Below, in pieces: positions 47,828-56,319 of a DNA stretch of 64,000 nucleotides (the first letter of the stretch is position 1; every line of letters begins with the position of its first letter). A program made the position numbers and the translations under genes. The notes under the pieces were generated by a model. The model saw only the letters and a list, made by a program, of their open reading frames with translations, did no database searches and was not told where the DNA came from. The stretch is from a virus, in IMG/VR virus record IMGVR_UViG_3300020463_000009, positions 45,064 to 109,063 of that record. The stretch is one strand, 5' to 3'.

Positions 47828-49187
47828 TAGAATAGAACATACTATATTAAGTAATCTGTTTTACAAAGAAGAGTTTGCTAGAAAAGCATTACCTTTTATC
47901 AAAGAAGAATACTTTACAAATAGAATAGAACAAATAGTATTCACAACCACATTTAACTTTATTCAAAAGTATAATAATGTTCCTACAAAAGACGCAGTAT
48001 ATATTGAGATTAATTCAAGAAAAGATATTAACGATACTGAACATACACAAATAAAAGATTACATAACAAGTATTACAGATTTAGAAACAGATGAACAATG
48101 GTTATTAGATACTACTGAAAAGTGGTGTAAAGATAGAGCCGTGCATAATGCAGTATTAAGTGGTATCAAAATACTTGATAATAAAGATAAGACTAGAACA
48201 CCAGAGGCAATACCTGGTATTTTATCAGACGCATTAGCAGTAAGTTTTGATAATCATATTGGTCACGATTATATAGATGACGCTGAAAATAGATATGAAT
48301 GGTATCATACAAAAGAAAAAAGATATCAATTTGATTTAGATTATATGAATAGAATTACTAAAGGTGGTATACCAGCAAAGACATTGAATATTGCATTAGC
48401 AGGTACCGGCGTTGGTAAATCTTTGTTTATGTGTCATTGTGCTAGTACATTTTTAACGCAAGGTTTAAATGTATTGTATATTACTTTAGAAATGGCTGAA
48501 GAACGTATAGCAGAAAGAATAGACGCAAACTTATTAGACGTTTCTATGGATGACCTACACGTAATGCCAAAAGACTTATACGATAATAAACTTAAAAAGA
48601 TATCAGATAAGACATATGGTAAATTAATTATCAAAGAATATCCAACGGCGTCTGCTCATAGTGGTCATTTTAAGGCATTGTTTAATGAACTAGCTTTAAA
48701 GAAATCATTTAGACCAGATGTAGTGTTTATTGATTACTTAAACATATGTGCTTCAAGTAGATTTAAAGGTGGTAATATTGGTTCTTATTTTTATATTAAG
48801 GCAATTGCTGAAGAGTTAAGAGGCCTTGCAGTAGAATTTAATGTACCAATCTTTAGTGCAACTCAAACAACAAGAACTGGTTATACAGCAACAGATATTG
48901 GGCTAGAAGACACGTCTGAATCTTTTGGTTTACCAGCAACAGCAGATTTTATGTTTGCTTTAATTTCTACTGAAGAGTTAGAAGCTCTAGGTCAGATGAA
49001 AATTAAACAACTTAAAAATAGATACAATGACCCAAGCGTTAACAGGTCATTTATAGTAGGTGTTGACCGTGCAAAAATGAGACTATATGATGTAGGTCAA
49101 ACTGCTCAAACAATTGTTAACAGCAACCAAAAAGAAGTAGAACAAAAAGAAGTTGCATACGATAAATTCAGCGACTTCAAAATATAA
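47817..49187 (+). CDS. gp41: replicative helicase gp41
   Basis: AGTGVGKS, ITLEMAEE, IDYLNI, SATQTTR, SESFGLPATAD, KNRY. Confidence 0.97.
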   Translation: MQSDRIEHTILSNLFYKEEFARKALPFIKEEYFTNRIEQIVFTTTFNFIQKYNNVPTKDAVYIEINSRKDINDTEHTQIKDYITSITDLETDEQWLLDTTEKWCKDRAVHNAVLSGIKILDNKDKTRTPEAIPGILSDALAVSFDNHIGHDYIDDAENRYEWYHTKEKRYQFDLDYMNRITKGGIPAKTLNIALAGTGVGKSLFMCHCASTFLTQGLNVLYITLEMAEERIAERIDANLLDVSMDDLHVMPKDLYDNKLKKISDKTYGKLIIKEYPTASAHSGHFKALFNELALKKSFRPDVVFIDYLNICASSRFKGGNIGSYFYIKAIAEELRGLAVEFNVPIFSATQTTRTGYTATDIGLEDTSESFGLPATADFMFALISTEELEALGQMKIKQLKNRYNDPSVNRSFIVGVDRAKMRLYDVGQTAQTIVNSNQKEVEQKEVAYDKFSDFKI

Positions 49188-49462
49188 TGCCAAAAAGAAA
49201 AATACAAAAAGTTAGATTCCATAAAGGTGATAAAAAACCAGGAGGTAGAGAAGTGAAAGACTTATCATATTCTACTAAACTAATTAAAAGAGGTAGAAAA
49301 ATGGTTTGGCAATTGATAGAGAAGCCAACTAATTCTATTATCAATGAATATTTTTTTGAAGAGGACGCTCAAAAAATAGCAGACTTCCAGAATAAAAACA
49401 AGGTTTGGAAAGTTAATGGTGGTGTACCTCCTTTTCTTTGTCTAAAATACAATCCGAAATAA
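49187..49462 (+). CDS. hypothetical protein
   Basis: 91 aa basic ORF coupled to gp41. Confidence 0.6.
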   Translation: MPKRKIQKVRFHKGDKKPGGREVKDLSYSTKLIKRGRKMVWQLIEKPTNSIINEYFFEEDAQKIADFQNKNKVWKVNGGVPPFLCLKYNPK

Positions 49463-49501
49463 ACTTGCCAAACACTCCTAAATAGTATAAAAGAGGGATA
49501 T

Positions 49502-50974
49502 ATGGGAACTTTAGCACCAGGAAGATTTACAACCAAGTACAAAGCCAGTAGTGGTCTTTACAAAGGTAAAGATTATGAAGATATTGCTTATTGTAAAATC
49601 AAAGATAAGAGAGAATTTATTATAGGCAGTAATAAAAATGGTCAAAAAGTTTATGGTTTAAAATTACTTAAAGATAAGAGCAACAAATACTTTTTATCTT
49701 ATGCCAATAGTAAAACATCTACTAAAGAAACTGGTAGAGATTTAATTTCTAAATTTTTCAAAGACGAAGATTTTGGTGGCGGAAAAGGTTCAGGTGGTGG
49801 TTCAGATGATACAGCTGTAACCGAGTCATTGCAATGTTATTATCTATCAATACTTTTTAATTCAAGTGTTTCTAAATTAACTGGTAAAGAAAGTTTAAAA
49901 CTATTAGATAATCAACAAAAATATTGTTTTACTTTTGATAAGGCAACTAGATTTACTGCTAGTAAATTATTAGAAAGTTGTCCTGAAGATTGGTTAAAAA
50001 ATAATGTATTTGTTAAGACAGCTAATGCAGTTTATAATTCTCAATACGTAAAAGCTTTTAGAGGCAAACAAGTTTACTTTCATAGAGGTTCTAAATTTAT
50101 GAAAGCTGTTTATGATAATAAAAAGAAGGCTCAAGAATACGATAAGAAATTTAATAATCCACGTATAGCACCTGGTTCTTTTAATGATGATAAGTGGAAT
50201 CCAGGAGATATATGGATGAGTACCAAACCACCTACTACTACAACACCTTTTTCAAAAGATGAAAAAACTTTACCTGTTGAATGGACAGAATTAAGAGAAG
50301 CAGTTAGAGATAAAGTTGATGAACATACTTTAGGTGTATCTTTAAAAAAAGTTGGTGGTACAAGTGCGATTATAACACCGTTTAATACTAGAAAAAGAAC
50401 TCATAATGCAAATACAAAATTTGCTGGTTTTAAATTTGGTTCGACAGGTGATTTTTTTAATTCAGCTGATATATATTTACACTTTGATGATGGTGGCTTA
50501 ATGCAATTAAGAGCTACTGCTACAACTAGATTATGGCAAGGTGAAATGAAAGGTAAATATGCAGCTGCTGGAAAAATAGGTGGTGGTGTCGTTAATCATT
50601 ATGTAGAAAAGAATTTTAAAAGAACTATTGGCTCTCAAAGTATTACAACAAATTATAGAGAAACGTATTATCAAAATAGTGATTTAAATAAATTCTACAA
50701 ATTATATACAAGATTCATTAATAAACAAAAAGCAGGTACAACAAAACAAGAAGTGTTGTCTATTGAAGAGTTTAAAAAAAGAGCCGATGGATATTCTTAT
50801 AGAGGTCAAAATGCAAGTCCAGCATTTTACTTTGGTAAGTATATGGGTTTACTTTTTTTAGAGTCAATCGAAGCAGATAAAAGAGGCAAAAATCTTGATG
50901 AATTATCAAGACAAATTGTTAGATATGCTATGTCTAATACGGATATTTCGACTTTTTTTATAAAGGTTTCATAG
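49502..50974 (+). CDS. putative PD-(D/E)XK-like nuclease
   Basis: TAVTES helix, DKWNPGDIW, GVSLKK; CCTAAATA late-promoter variant upstream. Confidence 0.5.
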   Translation: MGTLAPGRFTTKYKASSGLYKGKDYEDIAYCKIKDKREFIIGSNKNGQKVYGLKLLKDKSNKYFLSYANSKTSTKETGRDLISKFFKDEDFGGGKGSGGGSDDTAVTESLQCYYLSILFNSSVSKLTGKESLKLLDNQQKYCFTFDKATRFTASKLLESCPEDWLKNNVFVKTANAVYNSQYVKAFRGKQVYFHRGSKFMKAVYDNKKKAQEYDKKFNNPRIAPGSFNDDKWNPGDIWMSTKPPTTTTPFSKDEKTLPVEWTELREAVRDKVDEHTLGVSLKKVGGTSAIITPFNTRKRTHNANTKFAGFKFGSTGDFFNSADIYLHFDDGGLMQLRATATTRLWQGEMKGKYAAAGKIGGGVVNHYVEKNFKRTIGSQSITTNYRETYYQNSDLNKFYKLYTRFINKQKAGTTKQEVLSIEEFKKRADGYSYRGQNASPAFYFGKYMGLLFLESIEADKRGKNLDELSRQIVRYAMSNTDISTFFIKVS

Positions 50975-50982
50975 TATAAATA
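50975..50982 (+). promoter_or_regulatory. T4-type late promoter TATAAATA
   Basis: Exact consensus heading the 51-58.6 kb operon. Confidence 0.8.
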
Positions 50983-51041
50983 GTAGTATGATTTGTTAAT
51001 GGGTAAGTGATTATTATATAAATGGATAAATTGGAGAACAA

Positions 51042-52259
51042 ATGTTTAGTTTTAAAGGATTCTTTACACAGGAAAAAAACACACACCTAGAACACCTAGA
51101 AGATGATATAATCAATAATGGTGCCAAGGGTGGTGATAACGCTATAAACTTTTTAAAATCGGTTAGAAATATGTTAGCCGGTAATAGTAAAAGTGCAGTT
51201 AATATGACCGTTAAATGGGACGGGGCACCTGCTATTATATGTGGTATCAATCCAGAAAACGGTAAATTTTTTGTTGGTACTAAATCAGTATTCAACGTAA
51301 ACCCTAAAATCAATTACAATCTATCAGACATTAGAAGAAACCATAGTGGTGCAGTTGCAGATAAACTTACAATCTGTTTAAGGTTTTTATCTAAACTTCC
51401 TATCAAAGGTATATTACAAGGCGACTTATTATTTACAAGTGATGATAAGAAAGGCGCAACCATTGATGGTGAAAAAATGATTTCATTTACACCCAATACT
51501 ATTACATATGCAGTACCAGTTGATAGTGGTATCGGTAGACAAATTGCCAGAGCCAAGATGGGGATTGTATTTCATACGGCATATACTGGTAAAAATATGA
51601 AAAGTTTATCAGCAGGTTTTGGTACTATCAGAGGTAGTGGTGGTTCAAATATATTTTTAGCGTCTGCTCAATATTCAGATAAATCTGGTTCAGTTATGTT
51701 TAATGCTAGTGAATTAAAATCATTTGATGGTCAGATACGAATGGCTGAAGGCTCATTAAGAAAAGGTGCGCCTATATTAAATCTTATGAGTCAAAATATA
51801 AAAGATGAACTATCAGTTGGTTTTAAATTAAAAACTTTCTTTAATTACTTTATCAAAACTACAAACTCTGATATGGGTAAAGTTAATATAATGCAAAAAC
51901 AATTTAGAGATTATTACGAAAACTTATTACAAAAAGAAATAGATTCAAGAAAAACACCAAAAGGTAAAGAGAAGTTTATAAAAGCAAAAGCAGATGGTCT
52001 AAAATTTATTGATAGAAATAGAACTGCTTTATACTTTGCAATTGCTAGTCATATTACTTTAGCAAATTGTAAGAATACCTTATTAAGAAAAATGAATCAA
52101 ATACAAAGTATTGGACATTTTATAAGAACAAGTAAAGGTTATAGAGTAACCGACCCCGAAGGATATGTAGCAGTTGATAGAGTTGCTGGTGCAGTTAAAC
52201 TTGTTGATAGATTAGAATTTAGTAGAACAAACTTTACATTACCAAAAGGGTGGAATTAA
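51042..52259 (+). CDS. DUF6267-like protein with polynucleotide ligase-type motifs
   Basis: NTHLEHLED; TVKWDG (KxDG), ILQGDLL, PEGYV, AVKLV. Confidence 0.65.
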   Translation: MFSFKGFFTQEKNTHLEHLEDDIINNGAKGGDNAINFLKSVRNMLAGNSKSAVNMTVKWDGAPAIICGINPENGKFFVGTKSVFNVNPKINYNLSDIRRNHSGAVADKLTICLRFLSKLPIKGILQGDLLFTSDDKKGATIDGEKMISFTPNTITYAVPVDSGIGRQIARAKMGIVFHTAYTGKNMKSLSAGFGTIRGSGGSNIFLASAQYSDKSGSVMFNASELKSFDGQIRMAEGSLRKGAPILNLMSQNIKDELSVGFKLKTFFNYFIKTTNSDMGKVNIMQKQFRDYYENLLQKEIDSRKTPKGKEKFIKAKADGLKFIDRNRTALYFAIASHITLANCKNTLLRKMNQIQSIGHFIRTSKGYRVTDPEGYVAVDRVAGAVKLVDRLEFSRTNFTLPKGWN

Positions 52260-52420
52260 TGAGAACTATACCAGATACAATTGATTTAATTAAAAAGAAA
52301 CTGATAGGTGTTTTAGACTTTTTTTATTCTATATGTGAAAGTATAGGTGGTAAAATGAGTGTATGGGCTTGGCAAAAAAGATGGTGCAATAGACAGAAAG
52401 GCACAGGTTATAGAAAGTGA
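52259..52420 (+). CDS. hypothetical protein (53 aa, not in ORF track)
   Basis: MRTIPDTIDLIKKK..WAWQKRWCNRQKGTGYRK, coupled by TAATG and GTGA overlaps. Confidence 0.55.
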   Translation: MRTIPDTIDLIKKKLIGVLDFFYSICESIGGKMSVWAWQKRWCNRQKGTGYRK

Positions 52421-52998
52421 AATTTGTAGAAAGATTTTTAAGAGAAGTTAAAGGTGGACCTTGGCAAATTATTATGATTGGTGGACCAGGTTCTGGTAAA
52501 TCAACATATTCAGAATTTATAACTAAACATTTTGATATACCACACATTTATACTGGTGATATGATGAGAGACCTAGCAAAAAAAGATACACCAGACGGAA
52601 GAAAAGTAAAAGAATTATTAGCAAATGGTAAATTTGCACCAACAGAAATTGTAATGAGAGAAGTTATAGATAGATTAAAAAAACCAGACGCAGAAAACGG
52701 TTACGTATTTGATGGTTTTCCTAGAAGTATGGAACAAGTAGAAGCAATGGATAAGAATAATATAGAACACAACTTTATTATTAATTTACAAGTATCTGAA
52801 CAAGAAGTAATTAAAAGATTAACAGCCAGAGGTAGAGCAGACGATAAACCAGAGGTTATAAAACAAAGATTAAGAGAACACGAAAAACAAGTTGGTCCTG
52901 TTATTAAACATTTCGAAGACCAATTAATAAATATAAAGGCTGAGGGTGCTGAACCTGAAGTTATTGCAAACAAAATAATTAAAAGAATAGAAAGATGA
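52417..52998 (+). CDS. adk: adenylate kinase (short lid)
   Basis: GGPGSGKST, HIYTGDMMR, FDGFPRS..Q, RGRADD. Confidence 0.9.
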   Translation: MKFVERFLREVKGGPWQIIMIGGPGSGKSTYSEFITKHFDIPHIYTGDMMRDLAKKDTPDGRKVKELLANGKFAPTEIVMREVIDRLKKPDAENGYVFDGFPRSMEQVEAMDKNNIEHNFIINLQVSEQEVIKRLTARGRADDKPEVIKQRLREHEKQVGPVIKHFEDQLINIKAEGAEPEVIANKIIKRIER

Positions 52999-53681
52999 AA
53001 TCATTTAACGACATAAGATATTTACAAGAAGGCCTGTATGACCCTAATATTTTTAAGGCATTTTTTCTTGCAGGTGGTCCAGGTTCTGGTAAAACTTTTG
53101 TAACCAGAAACGCATTTGGTGGCACAGGTTTAAGAATGATAAACTCTGATAATGCTTTTGAAAATGCATTGAAAAAAAATAATCTATCTCTTAAAATGCC
53201 TGAAGATGAGGCAGAAGCTAGAGATATAGTTAGAGCAAGAGCAAAGGCAACAACTGGTAATGTAATGGACTTATCTATTAAAGGTAGATTAGGTATGGTT
53301 GTTGACGGAACTGGTAGAGATTATGATAAGATTAAAGAACAAGTAGCACAATTAAGACAATTAGGTTATGATTGTTATATGATATTTGTTAATACTAGTT
53401 TAGATGTTGCGTTAGAAAGAAATTCTAAAAGAGAAAGAAGTGTACCAGAATATATTACAAGAAAATCTTGGGAAGGTGTACAAGGTAATATTGGTAGATT
53501 TCAAAATCTATTTGGTATGGGAAGTATGGTGATTGTTGATAATAGTAAAGACGATAAAGAACTTACAACAATTGTTATGGACAAAGTTGGTAAATCTGTT
53601 AGAAGATTACTAACAAATAAAATTAAGTCATACACAGCAAAAAGATGGATGGCTACAGAAAGAAAATTAAGAAGAAGATGA
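52995..53681 (+). CDS. P-loop kinase (zeta-toxin/AAA_33/PNK-like)
   Basis: FLAGGPGSGKT, INSD, VVDGT, FVNTSLDVALERNSKRER. Confidence 0.8.
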   Translation: MKSFNDIRYLQEGLYDPNIFKAFFLAGGPGSGKTFVTRNAFGGTGLRMINSDNAFENALKKNNLSLKMPEDEAEARDIVRARAKATTGNVMDLSIKGRLGMVVDGTGRDYDKIKEQVAQLRQLGYDCYMIFVNTSLDVALERNSKRERSVPEYITRKSWEGVQGNIGRFQNLFGMGSMVIVDNSKDDKELTTIVMDKVGKSVRRLLTNKIKSYTAKRWMATERKLRRR

Positions 53682-55972
53682 AAACGTTTAAAGAAAGTAT
53701 CATAGACATACCGAGAAGAACATATGCTAAGGCTGTGTTTGATGACGCTGATACTCCTAATCCTAAAATCAAACCTAGTGTTGTTGTATTAATCAACAAA
53801 CAACTAGAAGAATTTGAAAGTGAGTATCCTGTTTTAAAAGTTTCTCTTATAGGTTCTATTCTTACAAAGAGATATAGAAATGACGCAGACCTAGACCTTA
53901 ATGTATTGTTTGATGTACCTGCTGATAAACAAGAAGAAGAAAGAACAAGACTATCTAAAAAGTATTTGTCTGCTTCTAATCCAGATAACATACAAGGTAA
54001 ATTAATACCAGGTTCTAAACACCCTATTAATTATTATTTCATAACAGATAAGAAAACTTATGATGACCAAAATAAAAAGGCTGACGCCGTGTTTGATATT
54101 GAGGGTAATAAGTTTATAAAAAGACCTGACGATTTTACATTTGACCCTAGTTTATACATAAAAGATTTTGAGAAAAAAGTACAAGAGTTAGATGTCATTA
54201 AAGGTGAATTAAAAAGAGACATTATTGATTACAGAGAATTAGAAGAATTAGAACCTAATGATATTTTAAATTTACAAGATAGAATTAATGATAAGTTAGA
54301 AGAAATAGAAGATAGTATCAAAGCTATTATTAAAGTAGGTGATGGCGTTGACGCAGATAGAAGAGCTGCATTTGATTCAGATATGACACCAGACCAGATA
54401 CAAAAGTTTGGTATCAAGAATAGATTACCTAAAAATGTTATCTATAAAATGTTAGAGAAGTATCACTATTTAAACTTCTATAAAAAATGTAAAAAGATTT
54501 TAGATGATGGTAAAGTATCTGATAAAGAAATAGATGATTTAGAAATGCACGAAGCAAAAGGTAAATCAATTGCATTTAGTTTTGGTAGATTTAATCCACC
54601 TACAACTGGCCACGAAAAGTTAATTAATAAAGTGGCAAGTATTAGAGCAAATGATTATAAAATTTATTTAAGTAGAAGTCAGGATCCTAAAAAGAATCCA
54701 TTATCGCCTAGACAAAAACTAGATATAATGAGAAAGATGTTTCCTAGACACGCAAGAAATATAGAAGTTAATAATACAAATATGATATTAGATATTTGTA
54801 CACTACTTTACAAAAGAGGTTATAGTGATATAACTATGGTTGTTGGTAGTGATAGAGTAAGAGAATTTGATACAATAATTAAAAAGTATAATGATGTAAA
54901 ATCAAGACACGGTTATTATAATTTTGATAACATTAATGTTGTATCTGCTGGCGAAAGAGACCCCGATGCCGATAACGTATCAGGTATGTCAGCAAGTAAA
55001 ATGAGAGCAGCTGCCTCAAGCAACGATATTAATAGTTTTAAAAGAGGACTACCAAGAGGTGTTGACGCAACTGCCATTATGAAACAAGTTAGACAAGGTA
55101 TGAATCTAGCCGCTCAATACACAGGCGAGACTAGAGAGGTCGTACCATTTAAAGATTTTGAACACCAACAAATTAGAGATTTATATATTAGAGATATGAT
55201 ATTTAATGTAGGTGAACAAGTCAGTTATGTTAAAGAAGATATCGAAGGCAAAGTAGTTAGAAAAGGAACTAATTACATTGTACTAGAAGACAATAAAAAT
55301 AATTTACACAAAGCTTGGATATGGGATTGTGTACCTGTATCGGCTGATAGAGAGGTAGAAGTGCGAGAATATAATACAGATGTTGATTATGGCTTTAAAG
55401 CTGTATCAACAATAGAAGAAGATTTAGACGCTCAACCCCAAGATAAAGATGTTAAGAAGAAAAAAGGTACTCAACCTAAAAAATACTATAAAGATTTATC
55501 AAAAGGTGAGAAAGAAAAAAGAGCAGACTATTTTAAGAATAAAGATACTACAAAGAATGATAATAAACCAGCACCAGGCGATAAGGGTGCTAAAACTAAA
55601 CCAAGTATTCATACTACTAAATTTAAGAAGATGTATGGTGAACTTAAAAATGAGTTGGTAAGTAAAGTAAAAGAGAGTACAGATATAGGTCAAGATTACT
55701 ATAAACATACTTCAACGATAACTCCTGGTGAGCCAGATTATCCTGGATTTGAAAATCCTACTTACAAACCATCACAACCAGGTAGTGGTGATAACCCTAA
55801 AGTCAAGAAAGTCAAAGGGTTTCTTGAAAGAGAAACAGATAAACCATCAGAAAAAGATGTAAAAGAATGGGCTGCTACAGAGTCCACAATGAATAAATAT
55901 AGGGAACGATATCAAGAAGAATGGGAAGCAAAGCTAAAAGAGGCTGTTGCTAAGATGATAGAGAAACTATAA
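53678..55972 (+). CDS. multidomain protein: Pol-beta-type nucleotidyltransferase + HxGH cytidylyltransferase-like domain + low-complexity C-terminus
   Basis: LIGSILT..DADLDLNV; FGRFNPPTTGH, VVGSDRV, SAGERDPD, MSASKMR; start MKTFKES at 53678. Confidence 0.8.
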   Translation: MKTFKESIIDIPRRTYAKAVFDDADTPNPKIKPSVVVLINKQLEEFESEYPVLKVSLIGSILTKRYRNDADLDLNVLFDVPADKQEEERTRLSKKYLSASNPDNIQGKLIPGSKHPINYYFITDKKTYDDQNKKADAVFDIEGNKFIKRPDDFTFDPSLYIKDFEKKVQELDVIKGELKRDIIDYRELEELEPNDILNLQDRINDKLEEIEDSIKAIIKVGDGVDADRRAAFDSDMTPDQIQKFGIKNRLPKNVIYKMLEKYHYLNFYKKCKKILDDGKVSDKEIDDLEMHEAKGKSIAFSFGRFNPPTTGHEKLINKVASIRANDYKIYLSRSQDPKKNPLSPRQKLDIMRKMFPRHARNIEVNNTNMILDICTLLYKRGYSDITMVVGSDRVREFDTIIKKYNDVKSRHGYYNFDNINVVSAGERDPDADNVSGMSASKMRAAASSNDINSFKRGLPRGVDATAIMKQVRQGMNLAAQYTGETREVVPFKDFEHQQIRDLYIRDMIFNVGEQVSYVKEDIEGKVVRKGTNYIVLEDNKNNLHKAWIWDCVPVSADREVEVREYNTDVDYGFKAVSTIEEDLDAQPQDKDVKKKKGTQPKKYYKDLSKGEKEKRADYFKNKDTTKNDNKPAPGDKGAKTKPSIHTTKFKKMYGELKNELVSKVKESTDIGQDYYKHTSTITPGEPDYPGFENPTYKPSQPGSGDNPKVKKVKGFLERETDKPSEKDVKEWAATESTMNKYRERYQEEWEAKLKEAVAKMIEKL

Positions 55973-56319
55973 TGAAAACTTTTAAAGAATACGAAGATAT
56001 TGATAGTAAATGTGAAGAGTGTATATTTGAACACGAACACGAGCCTTTAGAAGAGGCAGAATATCAAGGTAAAAAGGTTACGTTAAATGACCCAATTCGT
56101 GGTGGTAGTAAAAAGTTTTACGTATATGTAAAGAATGAAAAAGGTAATATTATCAAAGTATCGTTTGGTGATACAACAGGTTTAAGTATAAAAAGAGACG
56201 ACCCGGCTAGACGTAAATCGTTTAGAGCAAGGCACAATTGTGATAATCCAGGTCCTAAAACAAAAGCTAGATATTGGTCTTGTTATCAATGGAGAGCGGG
56301 AGCAAAGGTAAACAACTAA
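55972..56319 (+). CDS. conserved phage hypothetical (DUF6321-like)
   Basis: EAEYQGKKV, KVSFGD, RRKSFRARHNC, ARYWSC. Confidence 0.75.
   Translation: MKTFKEYEDIDSKCEECIFEHEHEPLEEAEYQGKKVTLNDPIRGGSKKFYVYVKNEKGNIIKVSFGDTTGLSIKRDDPARRKSFRARHNCDNPGPKTKARYWSCYQWRAGAKVNN

Noticed and set aside
9384-49187. Introns, inteins or homing endonucleases in gp17, gp20, gp23, gp43, gp41 and uvsX
   Set aside because: ORFs are uninterrupted and of normal length; no HNH, GIY-YIG or LAGLIDADG motifs noticed
52995-53681. Zeta-epsilon toxin-antitoxin module
   Set aside because: No antitoxin candidate; the context is a late operon of kinases and nucleotidyltransferases
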